Source of the DNA: an uncultured Oscillospiraceae bacterium
Lineage (GTDB): Bacteria; Bacillota; Clostridia; Christensenellales; CAG-138
Direction of reading: 5' to 3'
DNA length: 64,000 bases
NCBI GenBank assembly: GCA_964467585.1
Contig: CAYXRF010000001.1
Location: forward strand, 67,119-131,118
Below, piece by piece: positions 29,605 through 38,794 of this stretch. The translations under genes were made by a program, and so were the position numbers. The notes beneath the pieces are model-generated. The model made no database searches, was not told the DNA's origin, and saw nothing but the letters and a program-made list of their open reading frames with translations. Each line of letters begins with the position of its first letter. Position 1 is the stretch's first letter.

Positions 29605-29961
29605 ATGGCTGTCAGGCATGATCACAGCGCGGCGATAGCCGCCGTAACGGAGGGGCTTCCTTCGGATGAGCTGCTGTGCGATTTGGGAGATCTTTTTAAG
29701 CTGTTTGGTGACACAACACGCATTAAAATACTGTATTCGCTGTTCGAGTCAGAGCTATGCGTGTGCGCTATCGCGGAGCTTTTAAAGATGGAGCAGTCGG
29801 CGATATCACATCAGCTTAAAATTCTGAAGGACGCCAAGCTTGTCGCGTGCAAGCGCAGCGGCAAAACCAACATATACTATCTTGCGGATGATCACGTCAG
29901 AAGCATCATCGGGCAGGGATATGATCATTTAACGGAGGGTGAAAATGAAAAAGACGTATAA
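29605..29961 (+). CDS. ArsR/SmtB-family metalloregulator (CadC-like)
   Basis: wHTH with the ELCVCAIAELL metal-site motif and the SHQLKILKDAKLV recognition helix. Confidence 0.9.
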   Translation: MAVRHDHSAAIAAVTEGLPSDELLCDLGDLFKLFGDTTRIKILYSLFESELCVCAIAELLKMEQSAISHQLKILKDAKLVACKRSGKTNIYYLADDHVRSIIGQGYDHLTEGENEKDV

Positions 29962-30163
29962 GCTTGAGGACTTGGACTGTGCAAACTGTGCCGCAAAGAT
30001 GGAAAACGGAATTCAAAAGCTTGAAGGCGTAACGTTCGCGTCGGTAAGCTTTATGACGCAGCGTCTAACGATTGAAGCGGACGATGCACGATTTGAAGAG
30101 ATTATGCGCAGTGTTGTCAAGCTGTGCAAAAAAATTGAACCGGACTGTAAAGTTGTTTTATAG
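29945..30163 (+). CDS. stand-alone heavy-metal-associated (HMA) domain protein
   Basis: CANCAAKMENGIQKLEGV ferredoxin-like HMA fold. The ATG at 29945 has GGAGGG upstream. It overlaps the arsR-like stop. Confidence 0.85.
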   Translation: MKKTYKLEDLDCANCAAKMENGIQKLEGVTFASVSFMTQRLTIEADDARFEEIMRSVVKLCKKIEPDCKVVL

Positions 30164-30171
30164 GCGATAAC

Positions 30172-32064
30172 ATGACTAAAAGTCACAAAAAAACACTAAT
30201 TCGCATAATAGTATCCGCCGTATTGCTTGCCGCTGCGTGGATAATGACAGAGCTTGTTCCGCTTACGGGATGGAAAGCGCTTTGCGTATATGCCATACCA
30301 TATCTTTTGATAGGCTATGATATATTGCTTCGTGCGGTGCGCAACATACTGCACGGGCAGATATTTGATGAAAACTTCCTTATGACGATAGCGACGATAG
30401 GCGCGTTTGCAATCGGGGAATATCCCGAGGCAGCGGCAGTGATGCTGCTATATCAGGTGGGGGAGCTTTTTCAAAAAATCGCTGTTGGCAAAAGCAGAAA
30501 ATCTATTGCCGCGCTGATGGATATCCGTCCCGACCATGCCAATGTGCTGCGTGACGGCATTGAAACGGAGGTTTCGCCGGAGGAGGTTAAGACGGACGAG
30601 ATTATTATCATCCGCCCGGGCGAAAGGATTCCTCTTGACGGAGTCATAATCGAAGGCACAACGGCCGTCAACACCTCCGCTTTGACCGGCGAATCGCTGC
30701 CTGTCGATAAAACAACGGGGGAGAACGTGATAAGCGGTTCGGTTAACATAGCGGGCGTAATCCGTGTGCGCGTCACAAGCGAATATGCCGAAAGCACCGT
30801 AAAGCGCATATTGGATCTTGTTGAGAATTCAGCCGCGAAAAAGGCAAAATCCGAAAGCTTTATCACCCGCTTTGCAAGGTATTACACGCCGTGCGTGGTT
30901 GGCTGTGCGGCTTTGCTTGCGGTGCTGCCTCCTCTTGTATTTGGCGGGGAATGGGACGACTGGATAAACCGTGCGCTGATTTTTCTTGTTGTGTCCTGCC
31001 CATGCGCTCTGGTTATTTCGGTGCCGCTCAGCTTTTTCGGCGGGATAGGCGGGGCTTCAAAGCACGGAATATTGATAAAGGGCTCAAACTATATCGAAAC
31101 GTTATCAAAAGCGAATGTGTTTGTGTTTGACAAAACAGGCACGCTGACACGTGGAAATTTTGTGGTCACAGCAATACATCCACATGACGTATCCGAGGAT
31201 GAGCTGCTTGATATTGCCGCCCTTGCCGAGAGCTATTCCAACCACCCCATAGGGGAGTCGATTGTTCGTGCGCACAAGGGTCATATTGATAAAGAGCGCA
31301 TCGGTGAGGTCAACGAGGTCGGAGGGCTGGGGATAAATGCAGTAATTGACGGGAAACAGGTTCTTGCGGGCAACACGCGTTTGATGGAGAATCACGGTAT
31401 TGCCGTCTGCGGTGGCTGTGACTGCGAAAAATGCTGTCGCGGTGCGGCGGTACACGTTGCAATCAACGGCATATACTGCGGACATATCGTTATATCAGAC
31501 GAGCTGAAGCCGCAATCCGCGGAAGCTATCGCCATGCTTAAGGCACAGGACGGTTCAAAAACGGTTATGCTGACGGGCGACGCCAAAAAGGTTGCAGACG
31601 TCGTGGGAAAAGAGCTTGGTATCGATGAGGTTCATTCCGAGCTTATGCCGGATGATAAGGTGGCTATCGTTGAGACGATGATAGACGCAAAACGCAAAAA
31701 CACTGCAGTGGCATTTGTTGGCGACGGGCTTAACGACGCCCCCGTGCTTTCAAGGGCGGACGTTGGCATTGCCATGGGCGCGTTGGGAAGCGATGCCGCA
31801 ATCGAGGCGGCGGACGTGGTGCTGACGGACGATAATCCTATAAAGGTTGCGGAGGCAAAGACCATCGCAAAGCGTACAATGAGGATTGTACGTCAAAATA
31901 TAATATTCGCGTTGAGCGTAAAGGCGGCGGTGCTTGTGCTTGGAGCGTTAAACATTGCAAATATGTGGATTGCCGTTTTTGCGGACGTTGGAGTATCGGT
32001 TATCGCTATACTTAACGCAACTCGTGCGCTTAATGTTAAAACCGAAAAAAATTCCACACGATAA
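30172..32064 (+). CDS. P1B-2 type heavy-metal (Zn/Cd/Pb) translocating P-type ATPase, without N-terminal HMA domain
   Basis: It has TGES, CPCALVISVP (CPCx4SxP), DKTGTLT, GDGLNDAP, and the TM7 Nx7K (NIIFALSVK) and TM8 DVG signatures. Confidence 0.92.
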   Translation: MTKSHKKTLIRIIVSAVLLAAAWIMTELVPLTGWKALCVYAIPYLLIGYDILLRAVRNILHGQIFDENFLMTIATIGAFAIGEYPEAAAVMLLYQVGELFQKIAVGKSRKSIAALMDIRPDHANVLRDGIETEVSPEEVKTDEIIIIRPGERIPLDGVIIEGTTAVNTSALTGESLPVDKTTGENVISGSVNIAGVIRVRVTSEYAESTVKRILDLVENSAAKKAKSESFITRFARYYTPCVVGCAALLAVLPPLVFGGEWDDWINRALIFLVVSCPCALVISVPLSFFGGIGGASKHGILIKGSNYIETLSKANVFVFDKTGTLTRGNFVVTAIHPHDVSEDELLDIAALAESYSNHPIGESIVRAHKGHIDKERIGEVNEVGGLGINAVIDGKQVLAGNTRLMENHGIAVCGGCDCEKCCRGAAVHVAINGIYCGHIVISDELKPQSAEAIAMLKAQDGSKTVMLTGDAKKVADVVGKELGIDEVHSELMPDDKVAIVETMIDAKRKNTAVAFVGDGLNDAPVLSRADVGIAMGALGSDAAIEAADVVLTDDNPIKVAEAKTIAKRTMRIVRQNIIFALSVKAAVLVLGALNIANMWIAVFADVGVSVIAILNATRALNVKTEKNSTR

Positions 32065-32130
32065 AGCCATGCCGCAGAGCTTGACGTGACTCGGCACGAA
32101 AATCCGGACGCAAGATCGAAAATTGCAAAC

Positions 32131-32171
32131 AACCAAATTAAAGGGCGGCACGAAAGCAAATCGTGTCGCCC
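32131..32171 (-). terminator. terminator hairpin between convergent ftsZ and the ATPase gene
   Basis: 11-bp stem GGGCG(G/A)CACGA / TCGTG(T/C)CGCCC at 32143-32171. On the minus strand it is followed by TTTAATTTGGTT. On the plus strand the stem is perfect with one G-U pair but has no U run. Confidence 0.55.
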
Positions 32172-32210
32172 AAAGCGTTCAATAAACGTTAATATTACTG
32201 ACAAAAGGAA

Positions 32211-33500
32211 TCAGCTGTTCTTTTTGCGGATAAACGCAGGAACATCCAAGCCGCCGCGTGGATTATAGCTTGATGACTTAGCGTCACGCGATGTGTTAAT
32301 CTCACGCTTAGGCAACGGCTGTTCCTCAGGTATCTGGGAGGAATATCTGTCCTCGGGAGGGGTATCACGGCGGATACCGCGATTGCCGCTGTTTACGTTT
32401 GTGGTTTGAAGCTCCTCACGATAGGAGGGCATGGGCTTTGCTTCAGGCTCTGAAGCCGCCTTCGGGGAGGAAGGTTGAGAGGCAGGGGAGTCGGCGCTCT
32501 TGCTCATGGCGGATTCCTGTCTGCCCCGCTGCATATCCTCAGGCCAGTCAAAACCGGTGGCGATAACCGTCACGCGGACTGAATCACCCATTGATTCGTC
32601 GATACCCATCGCCCATATAATTGAGGCGTTGGGATCGGCAGCGTTTTCAATAAGATCTGCAGCCTCGCTGACCTCAAGCAGCCCAAGCGTTGATCCGCCG
32701 ACAACGTTTAACAAAACACCCTTTGCGCCGTCAATACTCGTCTCAAGCAGCGGGCTTGCAATTGCCTGCTTTGTCGCCTCAATGCACCGCTTATCACCTG
32801 TTGCATTGCCAATGCCCATATGAGCCATGCCGCGCTCGCTCATCACGGTGCGAACATCGGCAAAGTCGCTGTTGACCATTGCGGGGAACGTGATAAGATC
32901 GGATATGCCCTGAACACCCTGCCGCAGAACGTCGTCCGCAACGCGCAAAGCCTCATCGGCGGGAGCGTTGCCCACGATTGAAAGAAGACGCTGATTCGGT
33001 ATAACGATGAGGGTATCTATTACGTCGCGCAGACTGTCAATGCCTGCAAGCGCGTTCCTCATGCGCGATTTCCCCTCAAAATGGAAGGGCTTTGTAACAA
33101 CGCCGATTGTCAATATGCCTTGCTCCTTTGCCGCCTTGGCAACAATTGGAGCTGCTCCCGTTCCCGTGCCGCCGCCCATGCCGGCGGTTATGAAAACGAG
33201 ATCCGCACCGCGAACAGCTTCGGTAATTGCGTCAATACTCTCCTCGGCGGCAGCCTTGCCAACCTCGGGCTTTGCACCGGCGCCCAGTCCGCGTGTGACC
33301 TTTTCACCGATCTGAACCTTCATATCGGCCTTTGAACCGAACAAAGCCTGCTTATCGGTATTGATAGAAATAAACTCAACACCTTTCAGACCGTAATCGA
33401 CCATCCGATTAACTGCGTTGCCGCCCGCGCCGCCCACGCCGACAACCTTCAGCTGTGCGATAGGGCCCTTGTCGTTGTCAATTTCGATATCGAATGCCAT
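32211..33500 (-). CDS. ftsZ: cell division protein FtsZ
   Basis: MAFDIEID...[17 protein letters not shown], the [10 protein letters not shown] tubulin signature, and a C-terminal DVPAFIRKK peptide. The true start is the ATG at 33500, with GGAGGGG upstream. The 107-codon upstream ORF extension is an artefact. Confidence 0.95.
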   Translation of the reverse strand: MAFDIEIDNDKGPIAQLKVVGVGGAGGNAVNRMVDYGLKGVEFISINTDKQALFGSKADMKVQIGEKVTRGLGAGAKPEVGKAAAEESIDAITEAVRGADLVFITAGMGGGTGTGAAPIVAKAAKEQGILTIGVVTKPFHFEGKSRMRNALAGIDSLRDVIDTLIVIPNQRLLSIVGNAPADEALRVADDVLRQGVQGISDLITFPAMVNSDFADVRTVMSERGMAHMGIGNATGDKRCIEATKQAIASPLLETSIDGAKGVLLNVVGGSTLGLLEVSEAADLIENAADPNASIIWAMGIDESMGDSVRVTVIATGFDWPEDMQRGRQESAMSKSADSPASQPSSPKAASEPEAKPMPSYREELQTTNVNSGNRGIRRDTPPEDRYSSQIPEEQPLPKREINTSRDAKSSSYNPRGGLDVPAFIRKKNS

Positions 33501-33526
33501 AAACCTATCCCCTCCGTAACGATAAA

Positions 33527-34705
33527 TCAATTGGTGAATATTTCTTTTATGCCGCGTGAAAACGCGTTGCGCCTGCCGCCGCGAACAGCATTGCCCGCTC
33601 CGCACCTGAACAGTGCAAAATCGGCAAGCCCAAATGCCGCAGCGTAATTGACAGAGCTGTGAGTGCTCATCCACGGCATAGTCACAGCAACATCGCGCCC
33701 TATCCGCCGTGAAAGAAATTCCTTTGAACCGCGCATAAGCGCCAGCCCGCCGCCAACAAGCCAAACACCTGCACCGTCCGCATCCATCGCGGCAATGGAA
33801 TCGCCTATCATCTCGCAAAGCTCCTCGGTACGCGACTCTATGATAAGCTGTATGAGAGAGTGTTCAACTGCGAACACTCCTTCGTTTGGAATACGCACGC
33901 GTTCAACGCTGTCGCCATAGTCAAGCGAGAACACGTAACGTTTTTTAATATCCTCAGCCACAGGTTCGGGAACGCGAAGCCCATAGCAGATATCCGAGGT
34001 AATATGCCGCCCGCCAACCCCAATGGAGTCGCAGGCGACAGGCGCGCTGCCCCTAAACAACGTAATATCGGTGTGAGAGCCTCCGCAGTCGATAAGCACT
34101 GCCCCGCTCAACCTGTCATCATCCGGCACCGCAAAACATGCGGTGGCAAACGCGGTGGAAATAAACGCCTCCGCCGTAATACCCAACGGCAGGATTGCAT
34201 TGACGGCAAGCTCACGAAAGCTGCTGTCAACAAAGCAATGGGAAACGTCTGCGGAAAGCCATTTGGCAGGCAGACCAACGGGAGAGCCACGCACGGCGGA
34301 ACGATCAGCCTTAAACGCCACAGGCGTGCTGTGCATAAGCTTATAACCCTCCGGAACGGGAAAATCGAGAGAGTTCTCAAGCAACTCCTCAACATCGCCA
34401 TCGGTGACTCTGCCTCGTGAAGATCGAACCTCAACCTCGCCAAGCTGGGTATAAAGCCGCATAAATGGGGAAGGCACACCGATGAAAATACTGCGAATGC
34501 GCATCTGAGCATCACGCTCGGCGCGCCGAACGGAAAATTCAACCGCTTCGGCAAGAGCTCGTCCATCAGGAAGGGAACCGAAACGATAGCCCTCATATTC
34601 CTTCGAGCCGATACCGTGAACGATTATCGCACCATCGGACTCGGAGCTGACGACCATACAGATGACCTTGCTGCTGCCTATGTCAAGAATAGCGCTGTGC
34701 CGCAT
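33527..34705 (-). CDS. ftsA: cell division protein FtsA
   Basis: Actin-fold motifs ILDIGSSKV and [10 protein letters not shown], in the position directly upstream of ftsZ. The ATG is at 34705. Confidence 0.88.
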   Translation of the reverse strand: MRHSAILDIGSSKVICMVVSSESDGAIIVHGIGSKEYEGYRFGSLPDGRALAEAVEFSVRRAERDAQMRIRSIFIGVPSPFMRLYTQLGEVEVRSSRGRVTDGDVEELLENSLDFPVPEGYKLMHSTPVAFKADRSAVRGSPVGLPAKWLSADVSHCFVDSSFRELAVNAILPLGITAEAFISTAFATACFAVPDDDRLSGAVLIDCGGSHTDITLFRGSAPVACDSIGVGGRHITSDICYGLRVPEPVAEDIKKRYVFSLDYGDSVERVRIPNEGVFAVEHSLIQLIIESRTEELCEMIGDSIAAMDADGAGVWLVGGGLALMRGSKEFLSRRIGRDVAVTMPWMSTHSSVNYAAAFGLADFALFRCGAGNAVRGGRRNAFSRGIKEIFTN

Positions 34706-34785
34706 GTCAGTCCCCCAAATGCCATTTGCCTCGCGTGTGCGCAAACTGCATCCCACGCGCTGCATAACTACATATATACGGTTAC

Positions 34786-34815
34786 ATTATAGCATGAACA
34801 CAATATCTTGTGCAA
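34786..34815 (-). promoter_or_regulatory. sigma-A type promoter for ftsA-ftsZ
   Basis: On the minus strand: TTGCAC (34815-34810), 18-nt spacer, TATAAT (34791-34786). It lies about 80 nt upstream of the ftsA ATG. Confidence 0.55.
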
Positions 34816-34879
34816 GGGCTTATTCAAAGTTATTTTGATTATTTTGCAAACGGAATGTTACATTTTGCAAAATAATGTC

Positions 34880-35974
34880 TCATCCGTCAAAGCCGGACGT
34901 CTCAGAGGGCGAGGGAGAGGCATTCGGATCGGGCGATGACGATGGCATGGGCGTTTCGGAAGGGCACGCTGTCGGAGCGGCGCCCTGACTGTATTCGACC
35001 TCTCCGGAGCTTAGAACATACAGCAGCCCACCATCCGGATGCGTGAGACGGAACCGATCCAACGCCTCAAACATACGGGAAATCTTGTCCGCTATGTCAA
35101 TCGAGTCACCAAGAATAACCGTATAGCCGTCAACCGTGCAGATACGCACATTTGACGTGTATGATACATCGATTAAAAGCATGTCGTCCCTTCGGAAGGC
35201 GGTTGCCCCAATTATTTCCATCAGCGTGTATGTGCGAAGCTTGGACTTGTCCGCATTGATCGATGTGCCGACGCAGAAACCGTTTGTGCTTATGCCAAAC
35301 ACCGATATCAGCCCGTCAACACTGCTGCGCGGGCCGATGTAAAGCACAAAACCGTTTATGTCAACAATGCAGAATGTAGAGTTGGCGCCCACTATCGCTG
35401 CGTACTCCGTGCGCTCACGCACGGTGATACGGATTGTGGAGGGAAATTCCCGCTTGACGCTCAACACCTCAACATAGGGGTCACTTTCAATTCGCCGTGC
35501 CGCCGCACTGAGATCATACGAAAACAGGTTTTTCCCCGTGTAAAGACCTGAGCTGTTGATAATGGACTCACTTGAATGCGTCTGCGGGTCATTGCCGACT
35601 ACAACAATTGTGTCAACGTCGGTTATCAGATACATCAGAACGAAAATGCAGCCAAGAAGCACCAACGCAATCACGATAACAGCAGAAGCAAGCAGCTTGG
35701 TTGAGACGCCTTGCGATTTCTTTTTTGCAGAAGACGAAGCGTTGGCGAGTGTGCGCGGGGACGACTGTTTGGGACGCGGAGTGCGAATGGGCTCGTCCTC
35801 GTCAAACTCAGCTTCAGTATCGTGTTCATCCGATGCTGTATCGGGCTTAACTGAAGCGTCGTTTGCCGTGTCATGCCTGTTCTGCGATGCGGGCACGGCA
35901 AAGGGGCGAATTTCGTATACGTTTGTTCCGCCTTTCCTGATGCCGTCATTTGGCTTGCCCGTTTCGTTACTCAT
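34880..35974 (-). CDS. ftsQ: cell division protein FtsQ/DivIB
   Basis: Disordered cytoplasmic N-terminus, one TM, then a POTRA/FtsQ-type extracellular domain. It sits between ftsW and ftsA. Confidence 0.8.
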   Translation of the reverse strand: MSNETGKPNDGIRKGGTNVYEIRPFAVPASQNRHDTANDASVKPDTASDEHDTEAEFDEDEPIRTPRPKQSSPRTLANASSSAKKKSQGVSTKLLASAVIVIALVLLGCIFVLMYLITDVDTIVVVGNDPQTHSSESIINSSGLYTGKNLFSYDLSAAARRIESDPYVEVLSVKREFPSTIRITVRERTEYAAIVGANSTFCIVDINGFVLYIGPRSSVDGLISVFGISTNGFCVGTSINADKSKLRTYTLMEIIGATAFRRDDMLLIDVSYTSNVRICTVDGYTVILGDSIDIADKISRMFEALDRFRLTHPDGGLLYVLSSGEVEYSQGAAPTACPSETPMPSSSPDPNASPSPSETSGFDG

Positions 35975-37151
35975 TCAGTTTGCCAACCTCTGTATATCTG
36001 GATACATTTAGCAGTATGCCCATTGCAGCAAGAAACACAACCAAGGATGTTCCGCCCGCGCTGATAAAGGGAAGCGTTTGCCCGGTTGCGGGAAGGGCGT
36101 TTGTCACAACGCCGACGTTTATCAACACCTGTATGGCAAGCACACCGGTTATGCCGGCAGCAAGAAGACTTCCAAAGCGTTCTCTGCAGCGCATAGCAAT
36201 ACGAATGCCGCGATAGATAACAAACAGGTATGCCGCCAACAAAAGGAAGCAGCCCACAAACCCAAGCTCCTCACCGATTATCGAAAGAACAAAATCGCTT
36301 TCACGATATGGCAAAAACAACAGCTTTTGACGGCTTGCATTTATGCCCTGCCCAAACAGTCCTCCGTTTCCAAAGGCGTAAAGCGATTGTATGGTTTGAT
36401 ATCCGGAGCCGGAGGGATCCTTCCATGGGTCAAAAAAGGTTGTCAGTCTTGAAAGTCTGTATGGCTCGATAAGCACAAGCACCAGTATCGCCGCCGCTCC
36501 TGCAGCAAGCAGCATCAATCGATGAATCATCTTTGTGCCGCCGATAAAAAACATGAAGTACGCCGTAAGACAGAGTATTATAACCATCGACAGATTGGGC
36601 TGAAGCACAATCAATACGCAGGGGATTACCAGATAAACCAGCAACGGCAGCATTCCGCTGAAAAACTTGGACATATCGTTTTTTTTGGTTGTCATAAAGT
36701 TTGCCATAACAACAACCATTATAAACTTTGCAAACTCAGCGGGCTGAAACTGAAAACCTCCTATGGGTATCCACCTTTGCGCACCCTGCGCGCTTTTGCC
36801 TACAACAAGCGTTAGCACAAGCAGCGCTATAAGCGCAAGGTATGATACAAGTGCAATCTTTCGATAGAATGTGTATTTGAGATGTGAAAGCCCCAGCAGC
36901 GCGCCAAAGCCAATTACAAGAAATATCAACTGCTTTTTTACGAAGTAAAGCCCATCGCCGAACTGACTTTGGGCGTAATAATAGCTTGCGGAGAACAGCA
37001 TGATAACACCGAAGGCACAAAGAAGCACAAGCACAATGAACAACGGGAAGTCAAAGTGGTGCTTCTTAACAGAGGGGACGGCGGACACGGGTTTTCCGTT
37101 TGCCACGCCGTCTCCCGAAGGGGTTCTCATACTGACGACATTCGTCTCCAT
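35967..37151 (-). CDS. ftsW: SEDS-family peptidoglycan glycosyltransferase FtsW (FtsW/SpoVE)
   Basis: 10-TM FtsW/RodA/SpoVE family protein (...LPATGQTLPFISAGGTSL...). Its start overlaps the murD stop. Confidence 0.9.
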   Translation of the reverse strand: METNVVSMRTPSGDGVANGKPVSAVPSVKKHHFDFPLFIVLVLLCAFGVIMLFSASYYYAQSQFGDGLYFVKKQLIFLVIGFGALLGLSHLKYTFYRKIALVSYLALIALLVLTLVVGKSAQGAQRWIPIGGFQFQPAEFAKFIMVVVMANFMTTKKNDMSKFFSGMLPLLVYLVIPCVLIVLQPNLSMVIILCLTAYFMFFIGGTKMIHRLMLLAAGAAAILVLVLIEPYRLSRLTTFFDPWKDPSGSGYQTIQSLYAFGNGGLFGQGINASRQKLLFLPYRESDFVLSIIGEELGFVGCFLLLAAYLFVIYRGIRIAMRCRERFGSLLAAGITGVLAIQVLINVGVVTNALPATGQTLPFISAGGTSLVVFLAAMGILLNVSRYTEVGKLNE

Positions 37152-38515
37152 TACAGCGAATTCACAATCTCCTTGAATAATCTTCCTCTCTCCTCATAAT
37201 CGGAGAACATTCCCCAGCTTGCGCACGCGGGGGAGAGCAGCACCGCGTCGCCCGAAACGGCAAGCGACCTTGCCGTATGTATCATTTCCGCAAAATCATC
37301 ATGCACCGGATATATGGCGCTAAAGCCCTCGTCATGCGCGGCACGCATTATAGCTTCGGTGTTTGAACCATTGACTACCACAGCCTTTACTTTGCCCGAA
37401 AAGGCACGAAAAACGGGATGATAATCGCTCTGCTTGTCGTAATTTCCCGCGCCAAGCAGCAGCACGGTCGGGGACTTCATCGCCTCGATTGCCTTTATTG
37501 TCGATTCAGGATTTGTACCCTTGGAATCGTTGAAGTAGGTAATACCGTCAAGCGTCCGCGTGAATTCAATACGATGCTCAACGCCCCTAAAGCTGCGCAA
37601 GGTATCGCGCACCGCCTCAATACAAACGCCCATGCCAAGACTCAGACAGACAGCGCAAAGAGCGTTTTCAAGGTTATGACCGCCCGGTATACCAAGCTCG
37701 TCGGCGGGTATAACAACGGTTTCAATGTCGTCCATGCGGAAAATAATATCGCCGCCGCGCACAAAAGCACCGTTTTCAACCTCGTGCGTTCTTGAAAATA
37801 GCAGTATCCGCGCACGGGTATGGCACGCCGATACAATCGGGTCGTCGGCGTTCAAAACCGCAATATCGTTTTCGGCTTGATTTTCAAACATACGCCGTTT
37901 GGCGGCAATATATGCGTCCATTGAACCAAATCGATTGATATGATCCTCTGTGATGTTCAACAGACCCGCCGCGTCCGCATGAAAATCAACAATGCTTTCA
38001 AGCTGAAGCGAAGCGGTTTCCGCAACAACGGTATCGCCAGCCCTTGTTTCCATCGCGTGTTCGGTTATGGGCACGCCGATATTTCCCAACACAAACGCTC
38101 TGCCGCCGTTGTTCTTGATCGCGTAATCAGCCTTAAATATTTCCCCTGTGAGTGCGGTAGTGGTGGTTTTTCCGTTTGTGCCGCCGATACATACAAACCT
38201 GCATCCGCGGTCGCAAAATCTGTAACCAAGCTCGATTTCACCGATAACCTCAATCCCACGCAGTATCGCCGCCTTTACAAACGGGCGAAATATGGGAATA
38301 ACGGGGGAGATCACCATCATATCAACGCCGTCAAGCAGCGCTTCAGGCGCAACACCCAGACGATCAACATATTTAATGTCCTCAAGCGCTTCATCCAGAC
38401 CCGGAATATCGCTTTTGAGGTCGTTAATTATCACATTCCATCCATTCCTGTAAAGCAGTTTGGCGGACGATACTCCGCTTTTTGCCATACCAACAATTAA
38501 AGCCGTCCTTTTCAT
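37151..38515 (-). CDS. murD: UDP-N-acetylmuramoylalanine--D-glutamate ligase
   Basis: N-terminal Rossmann VGMAKSGVS and Mur ligase P-loop GTNGKTTTT. Confidence 0.93.
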   Translation of the reverse strand: MKRTALIVGMAKSGVSSAKLLYRNGWNVIINDLKSDIPGLDEALEDIKYVDRLGVAPEALLDGVDMMVISPVIPIFRPFVKAAILRGIEVIGEIELGYRFCDRGCRFVCIGGTNGKTTTTALTGEIFKADYAIKNNGGRAFVLGNIGVPITEHAMETRAGDTVVAETASLQLESIVDFHADAAGLLNITEDHINRFGSMDAYIAAKRRMFENQAENDIAVLNADDPIVSACHTRARILLFSRTHEVENGAFVRGGDIIFRMDDIETVVIPADELGIPGGHNLENALCAVCLSLGMGVCIEAVRDTLRSFRGVEHRIEFTRTLDGITYFNDSKGTNPESTIKAIEAMKSPTVLLLGAGNYDKQSDYHPVFRAFSGKVKAVVVNGSNTEAIMRAAHDEGFSAIYPVHDDFAEMIHTARSLAVSGDAVLLSPACASWGMFSDYEERGRLFKEIVNSL

Positions 38516-38605
38516 AGTGTCGCCGTAAATCCTCTTTTCCGCATGGTCGTTAATACAACCCTAAAAAATCACAATAACGGAGGGAGTTATCCATCCGACA
38601 TTCTT

Positions 38606-38777
38606 AAAAAAAGCCGTTCGGCGGGTCAAGGCACTTGCAGGAGGAGAGCCATCCTCATGCAAGCACCCTCCGCAATGGCTGATGCGCAGGCATAACCATC
38701 ACGATACCTAACCACGGGCAGCAGTGCCAAGTGCCAACAAGAACCACGCTGCCTCACGCGATAACGCCGAACGGCGG
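38606..38777 (-). ncRNA. candidate structured RNA / attenuator (unclassified) between mraY and murD
   Basis: On the minus strand, a perfect 11-nt long-range pairing (38775-38765 with 38623-38613) encloses two long hairpins (38753-38717 and 38667-38630). A U7 run (38612-38606) follows. There is no credible ORF. See finding. Confidence 0.35.
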
Positions 38778-38794
38778 ATTAACAAAGTCAAGCG

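Noticed and set aside
33501-33818. 106-codon N-terminal extension of the ftsZ ORF overlapping ftsA
   Set aside because: The extension is Cys/Arg-rich nonsense read through the 3' end of ftsA. The canonical FtsZ N-terminus (MAFDIEID...) starts at the ATG at 33500, which has GGAGGGG upstream.
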